Part shown: piece by piece, positions 37,252 through 51,300 of the stretch | Layout: each line of letters starts with the position of its first letter | Numbering within the stretch: the first letter of the stretch is position 1 | NCBI RefSeq assembly: GCF_006345805.1 | Contig: NC_043005.1 | Span: forward strand, 80,972,001 to 81,036,000 | Direction of reading: 5' to 3' | Length of the DNA: 64,000 nucleotides | Origin: Octopus sinensis | Taxonomy: Eukaryota | Position numbers and translations under genes: made by a program | The notes under the pieces: model-generated | Database searches by the model: none | Told to the model about the DNA's origin: nothing | Seen by the model: the letters and a program-made list of their open reading frames with translations, nothing else

Positions 37252-37809
37252 TTTTCTTCTACTCTAGGCACAAAACCCAACACCTTTGGGGAGGAGACCA
37301 GTCGATTAGATCTACCCCACTACGCAATTGGTACTTAATTTATTGACCCTGAAAAGCAAAGTCGACCTCGGTGGAAATTGAACTCAGAACTTAAAGACAG
37401 ATGAAATACCTATTTCTTTACTACCCACAAGGGTTTAAACACAGAGGGGACAAACAAGGACATACAAACGGATTAAGTCGATTATATCGAACCCAGTGTG
37501 TAACTGGTACTTATTTAATCGACCCTGAAAGGATGAAAGGCTAAGTCGTCCTCGGCGGAATTTGAACTCAGAACGTAGCGACGTACGAAATACTAATTTC
37601 TTTACTACCCACAAGGGGCTAAACAGAGAGAGGACAAGCAAGGACAGACACACGGATTAAGTCGATTATATCGACCCCAGTGCGTAAATGGTACTTATTT
37701 AATCGACTCCGAAGGATAAAAAGCGGAATTTGAACTCAGAACGTAGCGGCAGACGAAATACCACGAGGCATTTCACCCGGCGTTCTAACAATTCTGCCAA
37801 CTCGCCACC
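37252..37809 (-). mobile_element. SINE family A trimer with an approximately 18-bp TSD
   Basis: One head plus three body modules; flanks ttttccatagtatgtttt (37234-37251) and ttttccatagtaagtttt (37813-37830). Confidence 0.9.
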
Positions 37810-38384
37810 ATATTTTCCATAGTAAGTTTTATGTTGTTGAGAAGATAGCAATTGCTCTACCTTTTTATGTATAGTACATTTTGTATTATTTTGGAGATTT
37901 ATGCAAATTCTTTTTATTCAACTGAATATTTTTGTTCAACGTTTTTTGTACATTATCGTTGAGCCACTCTTAAGCATTCTTATTGATACCCAGGTAAAGT
38001 AGAATAATCCTGGATTACATGAAAAAATATCTTGTTCATTTACTTGAAGTGTTCATATTTTTTTCCGAATAGCATGATAATGCACTTCGAACTATTGATA
38101 TAATCTAAGTTCCTCGTTTGCTTCACGAGTGTCATTTTTTGTAATTTTCTTTGACTTTACTTTACATGCTGAATTTTCGTTTCTACTAACGCTGCCACAG
38201 AATAAATGCAGCCATTTTGTCTGTTCCATTGGCAACATTTGGTGTTTTGAATTTATATCAAGGCTCGGTTACATTGAATTGTTATTTCGCCGAGATTCTT
38301 GTTAATGTGAAGCTTGAGAAGTTATTTTTGTTGATCCTAAACACTATCATTCAATTTAACACTCATTTAATTTGCTCCTCCTCT

Positions 38385-38476
38385 TCCTCTCCTTCTTCTT
38401 CATTTTCTTTTTTTCTTTTTCTTTTTCTTCTTCTTCTTTCTCTTCTTCTTCTTCTCCTCCTATTCCTTTTCTTCTT

Positions 38477-38575
<99 letters not shown>

Positions 38576-38587
38576 GTTATTATTATT
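38385..38587. repeat. (CTT)n-(ATT)n microsatellite forming the (TAA)n tail/target of the adjacent LINE
   Basis: Directly visible. Confidence 0.95.
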
Positions 38588-39435
38588 GTCTTTGCACAGA
38601 TTTTATCGCTGGAGATGTACTACATTTTTAGCTGTTCACTACCAGTGAAATAAGGTAACACCTCTTATTTTTCAAGAACCATCCGGAGTATTTGAGCGTT
38701 TCCGAGCAGTGCTGTCTTCTTCAAGCGCTCCACCCTTATTGCAGCAGCCCCTATTTGTTCCATGTACATCTCAAGATTTTTACTTACTCTTCCCAGGGCT
38801 CCGACAATTATTGGTACTACAACCACTTTTTTCATCGACCACAACTATTTAACCTCCCGTGCAAACTTGTTATATTTATCGATTTTTCTTTCTTCCTTAT
38901 CACATAGCATGTTGTTAGCTGGGCATACTATTTCTATGATCCAGCATCGTTTGCTTTCTTTATCAATTAACACCTTGTCTGGTTTCCTATTTTGTATCTC
39001 ATGGTCGCACTGAATTATAAAATCATATAGGATCTCTGCATAATCATTTTCGATGATGTCTTCGGGTTTATGTTCGTACCACTTTTTTGCTCTGCCAAGT
39101 CCATACTTTTTCCAAAGTGCCCCATAGACAATCCTTGGCATATTGTCATGACGTCTCTTATATTCTATATGTGCTAGCCGCGTACATTGACTGGTAATAT
39201 ACCTAACAGTTTCACCATCTTGCCCACAAATTCTGCACTTATCACTTTCTGATATGTTGTCTATTCTGTATTTGGTGTATTTCATTCTTTGTGATTGTTC
39301 TTGGGCAGCACAGATTAGTGCCTCTGTTTCCGTTTTTAAATCAATTTTAGTCATCCTTAGCCATCTCTTTTCTCTGTACGTCTTGTCTTTAACATCCCTA
39401 TGAAATTGCCCATGCATTCGTTTCTTTACAAAAGA
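38588..39435 (-). mobile_element. R4/Dong-clade non-LTR retrotransposon, 3' half (CCHC finger + restriction-like endonuclease + 3'UTR + (TAA)n tail), pseudogenised
   Basis: Translation KRMHGQF...LKTETEALICAAQEQ...DKCRICGQDGETVRYITSQC...YKRRHDN...RKPDKVLIDK...IIEIVCP...KIDKY...VVPIIVGALG...TALLGNAQILRMVL*(38665) is the CCHC + RHD + PD-(D/E)xK arrangement of RLE-type LINEs. It ends in a TAA repeat. Confidence 0.93.
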
Positions 39436-40069
39436 AAATCTCAAATTAATTTAGAAAGTCTCCTATCTATAATTTTGTGTGAAACTTTTATCTTTCTTTT
39501 TTCGCTGACTACCCGAATATGTAAGCATGACTTTTATTCTAACAGCACAATTAAATGCACGGTAAAATCACAAAAAATATAAGGAGGTAAGCACCTGCCA
39601 ATATATACCAACTGCACGGTTACAAAAACTGTAAACCACAGCATCACTTATAAAAAGAAAAGTAAAATTTCGAAGGAAAAAATATTCAGGAATTCAAAAA
39701 TTCAGCGAGATGAACATCAGTATATATATATAATTATTTTTTCAGTTAGTAAGTAGAAATAAAACAAAGCGACGTTTCAAGACCAAGGTCAGCCCTCTCA
39801 TTGAATGCTAGTAGTAGTAAACACATTTGACCTCTGCTGACACCAAGGGTGCGAGGTCGGGTTTGTCTCCTTATCGCACAGGAATGCCCATTGCTGATCT
39901 CTTCAACATCTGCCGAATCTATTCACAGACCTGTGGAATTTAACCTATTCACCAAGCTCTCTATTTTGCTCCTACTATTCCCTTAAACACTCACATATTT
40001 ATGATCATCTCAAGTACAGGACAAAAGTTGAGACTGAACAACATTCAATAATACCTTTTAATAATAAAT

Positions 40070-40235
<166 letters not shown>

Positions 40236-40489
40236 TTAGCCAAAACTCATGTCGGATCAGAGGAAAGATTAACAATGGCAAATAGAAGGAAAAAATGAAA
40301 ATAATATCACTGGTGATGATAATAATAATAATGAAATGAAACGGTTGAAATCTCCTTATGATTTGACTGATGATACATCCAGTGATGGTGTCACAAAAAA
40401 AAATGGTAATAGTGCAACCTGATAATCGCTACCTCATATGAGTGACAATGAAAAAGCAAAATATTCTGAATAACGGTGGTAATGAAACT

Positions 40490-42328
40490 AAAGCCCTTGA
40501 TGGTGACAGTGTTACACTCGACAGACTCAGAGATACTGGTCCAACTCCAGCCTGTCGTTATCCAGCAAGGAACCAGAACACTTGAGCAATCCCGTAGACG
40601 AAAATGGTTTTCATATTAAAGGTACTGACAACGTATGTATGATCAATGGAGAGAAAGAGGATTGTTTCAACTCAACGAAGAGAGATTATGCGATCAAGAT
40701 AGAGCAATAAGGAAAAATCGTTGATTCACAGAGGTAGAGCTCGAAGCTATCAAAAGACGGGCATTGGAATGCAGCAGCAGAGGAAACGATCAGAATACAG
40801 TTCTTTCTGATAACTGATAAAAGTAATCCCATAGCAGAAAAGAGAGGTGAAATCTCTAATAAACTACAAGAAAGGAACTGTGACAGCTTGCTCGATGACA
40901 CATATGGATGGTTTGGAAGTAGACAATAAAACTAATGGTGACATAACAGATGGGCAACATGCAATCTACGACATAATAAAGGCGAGGTTATAGGAGAACG
41001 ATAGCGACATTATTTGCAATCTTAGAAAATGGTTGATCGGTGGAAATTGAACCACGAAAAGAAAAATATGAATGAAATTCTGAAATACGTCAGAACAAAC
41101 ACATCATAGAAACAGATAATTTGATCTTGGCAGCAAGTATTGTTGTAGCAGAAAATGTGGGTGTTGATGTCAAGAAAAACGAAATACAATGGGAAGCACA
41201 AAAGAAAAGATCCATGGTGGAAAAGTAGAATACAGGCGCGATTAGATATGTTCCCGAAGCACATTTCTGTGTTGGATGGAAAAAAGAAGAGGGAGCTTAA
41301 AAGCGAAGAAAAATACAGGGCACTGAACAGGAAAGAAACGGCCTGAAAAGGGTACTGGAGGAACTGAAACAGCGCCTCGTCGCAAAGAAGCCAAAAATGA
41401 TAAGATACGACCTAAGAATGAAGAGCTATCAGCAGAATAGATTATTCGGAGTAGATCAGAGGAGATTCTACAAAGAAATAAACGGAGTATACAGATGAAA
41501 AGTAGGGCAACTGGAAGGCTCCGAGACCAGATGAAGTTCAAGGCTACTGGTTCAAAAGATTTGGTGAATGTCATGCACGAATAGCTGCACAACTCAACAC
41601 CTTGTTTAATGCCGACCAAGTAACACCAGAGTGGATGAGATTGTGTACGGCAGTGCTGTGCTTGAAGAACATCGTAAAAGGCAAAACGGTAGACAATTAC
41701 AGGCCGACGTCTTGCTTGCCACTTATGTGGAAAGTATTGACTGGATTAGTCGCAGAGTCAATGTACGGACATCTGGGAAAATTGAATTCCTGCCACATGA
41801 GCAGAGGATTGCCAGCGTAAGTGCAGAGGTACCAAGAATCAACTCCTCTTAGACAAAGCTGTAGCGTCCAAGATCCCATATTCTTGGATTATGGAATGTA
41901 TGAACCTATTTGGTATTGCATCGAACGTTGAGCGATTTCTTGGAAAAAAGTATGGCGAATTGGGCGGGGGAACTGACAGCATATGGGAGAGGTTTAGGGA
42001 GAATGGAAATCAGGAGAGGCATCTTCCAAGGTGACTGCCTGTCCCCACTGATTTTTGTACTGTGCATAATACCACTAAAACTGATTCCGAGGAAAGCCGC
42101 CAACAAAAAAGTCAACCACTTGTTATTAAACCTCAATCTTTATGGTAAAGATGAATCCCAACTCAATTCTCTCATTGATAGGGTGTATACTTTCAGTGCT
42201 GATATCACAATGGGGTTCGGACCGAAAAAGTGTGACCCGATAGTCTTAAAGAGAGGCAAAATCAAATGTATGGGTGGGCTAGTGATACCGATGGAGGAGG
42301 TTATGAAGCAGATAGAAGAGACGAGCTA

Positions 42329-42329
<1 letters not shown>
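40490..42329 (+). mobile_element. R4/Dong-clade non-LTR retrotransposon, 5' half (N-terminal domain + most of RT), pseudogenised
   Basis: Frameshifted motifs RRKW, YDQWRERGLFQLNEERLCDQDRAIRKN, PWWKSR, NWKAP..DEVQGYWFK, NYRPTSCLPLMWKVLT, HEQ.GC.RKCRGTKNQLLLDK, IRRGIFQGDCLSPLIFVLCIIPL and FGPKKC. It breaks off just before the YKYLG motif. The 5' limit is uncertain. Confidence 0.92.
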
Positions 42330-42383
<54 letters not shown>

Positions 42384-43332
42384 GAATGTGAGAGCAGTGC
42401 ATGCCATCAAAGCTCACTATACCCATCGTGACTACCCGTCTGATAAGTGTGCACTAGGCATATGCACCACAACCCTATGTGCGTGACACGTAAACAGCGC
42501 TGGGCGTTGTAGGTAGGACCCATTATTTTTTCTGATCGAGTTGCACATCTCGCTCAAATTGTCCTTGAATAAGGTTTGTTTAATTATATTGAATGAAACA
42601 CCTATATATTCATAGGTGAATTATTCAAGCTTCAAAGAATTACTCTCAAAGCATAGCTATGATGCTCCTGCCCCTACCTCTGCTCAGAGATGCACACATT
42701 GTCAACCACCCTCCTTAAAGACATACAGCATCTCGAAAGAGTCCAGAAGCTGCCTACTCGCATGGTTCTTGGTCTCAAGCATTTGTCTTATGAAGAAAAG
42801 CTGAAGACGCTCGATCTTTATTCTCTAGAAAAACGACGACGCCGTGCTGATTTCATTCTTGCTCACATCATAAACGGAAAGTGTAACCTCTCGAAAGAGC
42901 TGTTCTTCACTCCTGCTCCAGAGCGTCGGCTGCGGGGTCACTCCGAAAAGCTCTATCTACGGCGATTTCATCTCAATCGAAGGAGAGGGGCTTTCTCCGT
43001 CCGGGTTGCGGATCCGTGGAATAAGCTGCCGGACGAGATAGTGAAGATGCCGACGACCACTCGGTTCAAAGTCTCCCTTGACCACAAGTTGCCTGAACTC
43101 TTTACATGAACACCGCCCTGTACATAACTCCATGTCCCCCTACATGGCCTTGCTTTTTGCTTTTTGAGCCAAAAAATTAAATAACTAACTAACATACTAC
43201 TGACAAGCAAATCTGTGGTATTGAGCAGCATATTTGCTGTAGCCCATCTTTTTACCAAGACAAAACAGTGTACATGATAACACTTCCAGTCAGTTAAGAT
43301 CAGAAGCCATGAGAGCCTGTGCCTGATGTTCT
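42384..43332. mobile_element. (TAA)n-flanked non-coding interspersed repeat (about 450 bp), split by a CR1 insertion
   Basis: Halves 42384-42707 and 43194-43332, with (TTA)n on both sides. The right half is the reverse complement of the copy at 59398-59570. Confidence 0.75.
42708..43193 (+). mobile_element. CR1/L2-group LINE 3' end (5'-truncated) with 3'UTR and (TAAC)n tail
   Basis: KDIQHLERVQKLPTRMVLGLKHLSYEEKLKTLDLYSLEKRRRRADFI...RGHSEKL...FSVRVADPWNKLP...FK..LD is the typical CR1 ORF2 C-terminus. Stop at 43107-43109; tail taactaactaac. Confidence 0.93.
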
Positions 43333-43369
43333 ATTATTATTATCATCAGCATCATCACCATCATCATCA

Positions 43370-43427
<58 letters not shown>

Positions 43428-44829
43428 ACAGTAAGCCTCAAATCGTTGCAAAAACACTACAGTACACACAACAGAATATACAAAACAAGGCAATGGCGTC
43501 CAATGAAATAAATAAAAAAATTCAAAATGAAAACAATAGGCGCTCCATAGAAACATTGAAACAAACACACAGTCACAAAACACTTTCCCCGTCGCCACAG
43601 CTAAAACAAATTGAATAAAACGCGCAGAACAACAGATCAAGCAGAGATAACACTGTTGAGGAAGAAACAAAAATATGAAGAAACGGAAGATAACGTAGCA
43701 AAATCGATAAACATGTTTTAACATAAACACCTGCCTAAACTTCAAACAAAATAGCGACTTGACGGAAATAAATCGCTTATTTACTAGGGCGCTGCGAGGT
43801 TTACTGTGCAGGGTTAACATGTTGCATAATATCAACAGACAGGATCACTATGTCTGTTTGATAGTAGTGGTGATTACAGCAGGATTCCGCAGCGAGAACC
43901 CAACCAAACAATGATTTAAAATATAATACTGAACATTGAGAAAACGAAGGAACGTTTTATTTATATAACGAAAAAGTAAACGAGATATACGATATAACAA
44001 TAAGTAAATAAAAACAAAACGAGATCCAATTAAAGATAACAAATGATACATTTGAAGTAAAAGATTAGAATAAGGAAGCCATAGAAGCAAAACTACATGA
44101 GGTAAGACGCAGCAGAAAGTTCGATATTTCTAAGGAGTGTATCAAGATGTAAAGGCAGGCATTTCTGCTGTATTGTGACAGAGTGTAATGCAATATTGGT
44201 TTGTGAAGGAAACGGACAGATGTCTAATCCCAGTAAGCGGTAAAATTCCAAAATCTTCAACAGAGCTCTTTATGTGGAATAATTTGCGAAAGGAAAATTA
44301 TTCCTTTCAATTACATTTGATGAGGGAAGGGTGTTAAGAAATCATAAAATGGTTCTTGGGGCTCTGAGAATTCATAAAATGTTAAGAGTGGTCATAGAAT
44401 ATTTTTACAATAAATTAATGGATGATTTCAAAATTTGTAAGCCACAAAATTTACATGGTAATCAAGTAATAAAGGAATGAAATAAAACAATAACTTTATG
44501 TTTGAATTAAACATAAAATTCCACTTGCATCAGTCATTGGGTCTCATACCACGATAACACTAATGCATTCGTCCAAATATTGTTCAGTGCTGGAGAATCA
44601 TAATCTTCCACAGGATTTTCTTACGTTGTGCTGGATACATCAGCGTCACGTCTTCTGAACTACTAAAATAGCCCTTCGCGAAGTTTGCCAGTTCCTTTCT
44701 ATTTTCTCTTTAAAATGAGGTATCACTTTACTAGGTAAGGTTTTAGTGTTGTTGTGATGTGTGTATATTAAACACATGTTTCATTTTATTCATTTCTGAG
44801 GCAAGTTCTCCTCCGTAGGGCATTGATGT

Positions 44830-45130
44830 GAAGGTGCATGGCTTGGTGGTTAGGATGTTCGGTTCACTGTTGTAAGGTCGTAAATTCGATTCCACACGGC
44901 TAAGCACTTTATTTCACGTTGCTTCACTCAGCTGGAAAAATGAGTTGTACTTTTAACTCAAAGAACCAGCCTTGTCACATTCTGTGTCATGCTGAATCTC
45001 CCCGAGATCTACGTTAAGGGCATACGACGCCGTGGAGTGCTCAAACATTTGCACGTTAATTTCAGGACGTGGCTGTTCTGTTAACCGAATCAACTGAAAT
45101 CCGTGCTGTTGTAACTGACAGAGTGCCACG
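44830..45130 (+). mobile_element. Older family B-related SINE
   Basis: aaggtgcatggctt.gtggttagg...ttcgattcc...ccagccttgtcacattctgtgtca.gctgaatctccccgag..ctacgttaaggg...gtaactgac.gagtgcc. Confidence 0.85.
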
Positions 45131-46534
45131 TTTTAGGCCATTGATTCATCTTCGTATGGTGCGCTGTCAGTAGAGAAGGTTCTGACAGATGATATACTCT
45201 GCGCCGTATATTTCATTTTGCCTTTCTTTTATCTTACCATTGTGTATTGATGTCGTTGATTGACGTTTCATCTTGACCAATTGTGGGTGGGTGTATTGAT
45301 TTTGTTTCTCATGTCTCACTTCTGGTGATGAAAATGTAGAAGAAACTACAATTACCAATGCACGAATTGTGCCTGGTGTTAAATCTTATACGGATAATAC
45401 ACGCTATCCGTTGTTATAAGCTTTGGTCTTTTGTACTTTCTCTGCAGAAATCTTTTACATGGGTTTTGCCGTTATATATGTAACAACTGGAACAGCTACC
45501 TGCGATGCAGAAGTTTAATATCTGCTTCTCCTGTACAGAATATAGTTCTAATATTATATTTCTTTTGTTTTACGAGACCATACTAACTCCACGAAAAGAT
45601 GTTTCGCTAAATGAAACAACACTGGTAACGTAGCCGCTACGAAGGTGACTGAAAGGGAACGAGGCTTCATATTTCCAATGTCCCTGACGCTTTTCTTTTC
45701 CTACTCAACATTGCAAAAAGAGCAACTCTACTATCTGGGCGTGAATTTGAACCCATCCCCTCCCTGTTTAAAAGGTGACAATTTAGTACCATATACGTTT
45801 CGTCTCACTACGTTTCATATACGTTTCCTCGTAAACATCTGTAAGGAATGTTTGTAATTCTTACTTGATTGCGATGAGAAAATGTGCAGCGTGCTTAGAG
45901 AGACGTAGTTATCCTGTGCTTCGCTTCCCTAGATCTCTGTAATCAATTCTGGAATATTAGACACACCAGGTTACTGATCTTACAAGGAAATCTTTCATAT
46001 CGAGAATTTACCTTTTGGATTAAACTCTAGCAACAGACAATTTGTTCGTATTGACACTCAAAACGAGACGTGAATTCATACTGCTATAGCTTTTCAGTTT
46101 GTTGCTGTGGGTGTTGTTCAAAACAAAATCTCTTCCCAGTTATGTTGAAATATTTGCTGAAGTTCCTGTGAGCTATTTCAATTTCGCGTTACAAATAAAT
46201 TAGCATTAGCTTTAAATTTTCTGTTTTCTGTCACTGCAATGCTGTATTTTGTACATTTACATTTTTATTATGCTTGGAGTGTGCGCGGCATGAATATTCA
46301 TGATCTGTTTTAGTCACTCTATGCACTACATTTTCTATTCAACATGACTGTAAATATGTGAACAACGTACATGGAAAAATTCAAACTACATTGCATGGCA
46401 TATATAGATTGCTTTTATTGAAGGAGTTAAAGGAATGATTGTTAATGTTATACATATAACACAGCTGATCCAGTCAACCAGACAAATTTGCATTCCTCGT
46501 GGGGTGAATGACGTGTGTTGAAGTAGTTGTAAAT

Positions 46535-46955
46535 AGGCGCAGGAGTGGCTGTGTGGTAAGTAGTTTGCTTACGAACCACATGGTTCTGGGTTCTGTCCCA
46601 CTGCGTGGCACCTTGGGCAAGTGTCTTCTACTATAGCCTCGAGCCGACCAAAGACTTGTGAGTGGATTTGGTAGACGGAAACTGAAAGAAGCTCGTTGTA
46701 TAAGTGAATATGTATATATATATGTGTGTGTGAGTGTGTTTGTGTGTCTGTGTTTTCCTCCCCAACATGGCTTGACAATCGATGCTGGTGTGTTTACGTC
46801 CTCGTAACTTAGCGGTTCGGCAAAAGACGCCGATAGAATAAGTACTAGGCTTTCAAAGAATAATTCCTGGAGTCGATTTGCTCGACTAAAGGTGGTGCTC
46901 CAGCATGGCCGTAGTCAAATGACTGAAACAAGTAAAAGAGTAAAAGAGTAAAAGT
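46535..46955 (+). mobile_element. Full-length SINE family C (tRNA head + CORE-like domain)
   Basis: aggcgcaggagtggctgtgtggtaagtag...ggttctg..ccactgcgtggcaccttgggcaagtgtcttctactatagcctcg, where accttgggcaagt is the CORE-domain signature. Tail gtaaaagagtaaaagag. Confidence 0.95.
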
Positions 46956-47417
46956 GTCATCGGAGAGCTTCAAAACGAGATGATTTACAAATGCCTTCTA
47001 TAAGTTATGGAAACAATTTTCCTCGAAACAACGAATCAATAACTTTGCTAGAACTGGAGATATTCCGTGGAGTATGGGTTTCAAAACAAGCACTACAAGC
47101 CTTTAATGCATAAAGGCCGTTTATACATCCAGACATCTCACTGACTCTTACTAGCAAGTCTGATATAAAAAATTACTACTAATATGTTTATCAACGGGCG
47201 TGAAATTTGAGATAAAGCTCTTATCAAATAGATTCTCATTTCGAACTCGAAGATTATTTTATGGCCGTAGATATCATGACAGAATTATATGAATTAAATT
47301 AAAGTTCTCTATTTATTCTTCAAGTTCATTTAAAGCGAACGCTTCTCTCACTATCATTTTCCCACTTGGCTTCTGTGATCGACATATATCTGCACTATAA
47401 AACATACTTCTCTATGT

Positions 47418-47805
47418 TGTTGCAAGCACTCCGTCGGTTACGACGACGAGGGTTCCGGTTGATCCGATCAACGGAACAGCCTGCTCGTGAAATTAACCTG
47501 TAAGTGGCTGAGCACTCCACAGAAACGTGTACCCTTAACGTAGTTCTCGGGGATATTCAGCGTGACACAGAGAGTGACTAGGTCGGCCCTTTGAAATACA
47601 GGTACAACAGAAACAGGAAGTAAGAGTGAGAGAAAGTTGTGGTGAAAGAGTACAGCAGGGATCACCACCATCCCTGCCGGAGCCTCGTGGAGCTTTTAGG
47701 TGTTTTCGCTCAATAAACACTCACAACGCCCAGTCTGGGAATCGAAACCGCGATCCTACGACCGCGAGTCCGCCGCCCTAACCACTGGGCCATTGCGCCT
47801 CCACG
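47418..47805 (-). mobile_element. Full-length SINE family B with an 11-bp TSD
   Basis: Near-identical to 19943-20327; TSD cttctctatgt at 47407-47417 and 47806-47816. Confidence 0.95.
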
Positions 47806-48359
47806 CTTCTCTATGTAACATACACATATATGCTTAATTTGAATATTCTTAAAATATGTGAGATGACGTCCAATATTAAATTATACTCAGATTTAAAGGG
47901 GAGATATTTTCTTTTTTTAGTATAACAAAAAACAACCGCATTGCAAAATATACAGGCAGGACTGCATTTAAGTTACACTGCTTCATTGGATCTCATTCAA
48001 TAATATATAATATTTTTACAAATAAGTGACAATATTAACTAAATCATTTATAAATCAACCAAAGCAAGTATTTTCTCTTCGTATGAGATGAGAATGTAAT
48101 AGCAGTGTATATCTAGCAACCAGTTTGAAAGACATTCCCCTTCTGACTACGTTTGTATAAATGAATGTATTATTTATTATTTTTCCACTTTTATTTAACA
48201 TGTACTGTAAGTTTGAGTTTATTTTTCCTGCAACCCATATCTCATCCGGAATAGAACGTTAATTTAATTTAATTACAAGACGAAATGAATGAATCAGACA
48301 CAAGATTTTTTAGAAGAAAATGTAATACAGCAGACAACACTATTCTTATACGCTTGTGC

Positions 48360-48549
48360 GTCTTGCACGCGCACACACACACACGCACACACCTGTGTAT
48401 GTGTGTTGTGTATGTGTGTAGGTATATATGTATATATAAATATATATAGAATATATATATATATATCCATATATATATGTATATATATATATATATGTGT
48501 GTGTGTATATATGTGTGTATATATATATATATTTATATGTATATATATA

Positions 48550-48621
<72 letters not shown>

Positions 48622-48800
48622 TTGAGACATGCTTAGGTAGATATGTATATACATACAGATATGTATGTATATGTGTGTGTTTATATGTGTGTGAGTGTGA
48701 GTGTAGGTTTGTATAGGTATCTATGTATCTCTATGTGTGTGTTTATGTGTGTGTCTGAGTGTAGGTTTTTATATGTGCCTATGTATGTGTATGTGTGTGT
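48360..48800. repeat. (CA)/(TA)/(TG) microsatellite-rich tract
   Basis: Directly visible. Confidence 0.95.
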
Positions 48801-49608
48801 ATTGCAATCTTTGACATTTCTTTCTTTTCTTTTAAATCAGACTCTGGCTTGAACAGTTACAGAAATAACAAAGTTGCAGACAGCAATACAACAAACATTA
48901 AATCAATCAATAAAAAAAAGAAGAAAAAAAACAATAGTGAAAATCCTCGGAATACGAGGGAGGGGAATGTTGCAGATGCAGTACGGATATGGAGGTTGCA
49001 ATGCTGATTGTGGTGAACAACCACAACAACAATACTCAACAATATAAATTCAAGTAACAAGCAGGAAATCTCTCCGAATCACAAACGTAAAAAAAAAACC
49101 ATTCTAAATATGTAAAACAATAACGTTATCTCATAAAATAGATTACATTTGCCAAATAATTCTTTCTCTTTTTTGCTAATACACGATACCTTATCAACAA
49201 AACAAGGATGCTGTTACTGTATATGCTTTATTATTTTTTTTGTATAATCCGGGTCAACGGGGATTTCTTTTTATTTTTGCGTTCTATTCTTGTTTTCTTT
49301 TCTTTAATTAGACACAGTTAATGATGCTTTTGTGTTGAAGTGTTGATATGCGGTATCAAAAGATATGCAATATCAAAGAATCGATGGATAAAGTAAAAAT
49401 ACAAACAGCTTCTGCCCTTGTGTGTATGGAAGAGTGTGTGTGTATTTTGATACGTGTGTAAGTTTTCAACGTTTGTTTATGTGTACTAATATGCATATCA
49501 TCTGAATGTGTACAGAATGAATATATAGATGCATCGTAAACCAGATCACAAGTGTTCCAATACCCAATAGAGAAGGAAAGAGATAGAGATACGCAAAGAG
49601 AATGGAAT

Positions 49609-49663
<55 letters not shown>

Positions 49664-49724
49664 ATATATATTTATATGTATGTATATATGTATATATATA
49701 TATGTGTATGTATATGTATATATA

Positions 49725-49964
49725 CTCTCTTTTACTCTTTTACTTGTTTCAGTCGTTTGGCTGCGGCCATGCTGGAGCACCGCCTTTAGTCGAGCAAATC
49801 GACCCCAGGACTTATTCTTTGTAAGTCCAGTACTTATTCTATCGGTTTCTTTTGCTGAACCGCTAAGTGACGGGGACGTAAACACACCAGCATCGGTTGT
49901 CAAGCAATGCTAGGGGGACAAACACAGACACACAAACACATACACACACACACATATATATACA

Positions 49965-49998
<34 letters not shown>

Positions 49999-50135
49999 CA
50001 ACGAGCTTCTTTCAGTTTCCATCTACCAAATCCACTCACAAGGCATTGGTCGGCCCGGGGCTATAGTGAAGACACTTGTCCAAGGTGCCACGCAGTGGAG
50101 TGAACCCAGAACCATGTGGTTGGTTAGCAAGCTAC
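49725..50135 (-). mobile_element. Full-length SINE family C
   Basis: Reverse complement of 46535-46955. Confidence 0.95.
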
Positions 50136-50160
50136 TTATATATATATATATATTATATAT

Positions 50161-50198
<38 letters not shown>

Positions 50199-50220
50199 AG
50201 TGTGCGTGTGCGCGCGCGCA

Positions 50221-50252
<32 letters not shown>

Positions 50253-50264
50253 TGCTTTGGAGAC

Positions 50265-50500
50265 GCAATGGCTTAGTGGTTAGTGCAGCAGTCTCGCGAT
50301 CGTAGGATCGCGGTTTCGATTCCCAGACTGTGTAATAAACACTCACAATGCCCAGTCTGGGCTGACGAACCATGCTGTACTCTCTCACCATAACTTTCTC
50401 TCACTCGTTCTTCCTGTTTCTGTTGTACCTGTATTTCAAACGGTCAGTCTTGTCCTTCATTGTGTCACGTTGGAGTGTTCAGCCACTTGCACGTTAATTT
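50265..50500 (+). mobile_element. Internally deleted family B SINE
   Basis: gacgcaatggcttagtggttagtgcagcagtctcgcgatcgtaggatcgcggtttcgattcccagac...ttcctgtttctgttgtacctgtatttcaaa. Confidence 0.85.
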
Positions 50501-51029
50501 CCTATGTATATATGTATGACTGTATATCGACCTCGAGATATATCTAACAATAAGCTTTTCAATGTGTGTACATGTGTCTGTGTGTATGTGTTTATGTGTG
50601 TGTGTGTTTGTCTATCATGTATGAAACTATATACATGCATAAATATATTTCCACGTAGGTGCATTACGTACGTGGAAGCGAGCGGCTTAGTCGTTTAGGG
50701 TGTTGCTCCTATGGTTCTGATTTTGTGGTTTCGAATCTTACACCAGATAATGCGTTGTATTTTTCAGCAAAATACTTCATACACCGCTAAATCCGGGAAG
50801 GAGACCTTGTGAACCAATGGCTAAGGAGAGCCCGCTGATCATTTCGACCTTGTTTTTATATGTACAGGTAATTATATATGCATATACATATCTACATCTG
50901 TAATATATACATATGCATTATACACGCAATACAGACATACACACATATATATGCTCACACACACACTCATATATATATATATGCTCACACACACATATAT
51001 GTGTGTAAGTATATTTATCTGCTAGGTAC

Positions 51030-51205
51030 CTACATTTCTTTTGCCGTTGACTTGTTTCGGTGATCAGACTGATTCCATGATGTAGCTCCACCTTGATGCT
51101 TTTTAACCGAGCGTACCAACCCTAGCGCTGGTACTTGTTCTATCATTCTAATATGCCAAACTGCTAGTTCACGTGGACGTAAACACACCAACAAACAATG
51201 TCGAG
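51030..51205 (-). mobile_element. Family C SINE 3' fragment
   Basis: gacttgtttc.gt.at.agactg...ccatg.tg.agc.ccacc...gctggtactt...gtaaacacacca. Confidence 0.7.
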
Positions 51206-51234
51206 ACACAGTCACGTAGATATATATATATATA

Positions 51235-51300
<66 letters not shown>

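Noticed and set aside
39766-39811. Minus-strand ...CAAUGA...GACC-uu-GGUC-uuGAAACGUCGC hammerhead-like motif
   Set aside because: The GAAACGUC half is typical, but the CUGANGA core and stem I are too degraded to support.
48840-49030. Strong plus-strand acceptor followed by N/K/Q-rich open frames
   Set aside because: Low-complexity A-rich sequence with several equally plausible frames; no way to choose without RNA data.
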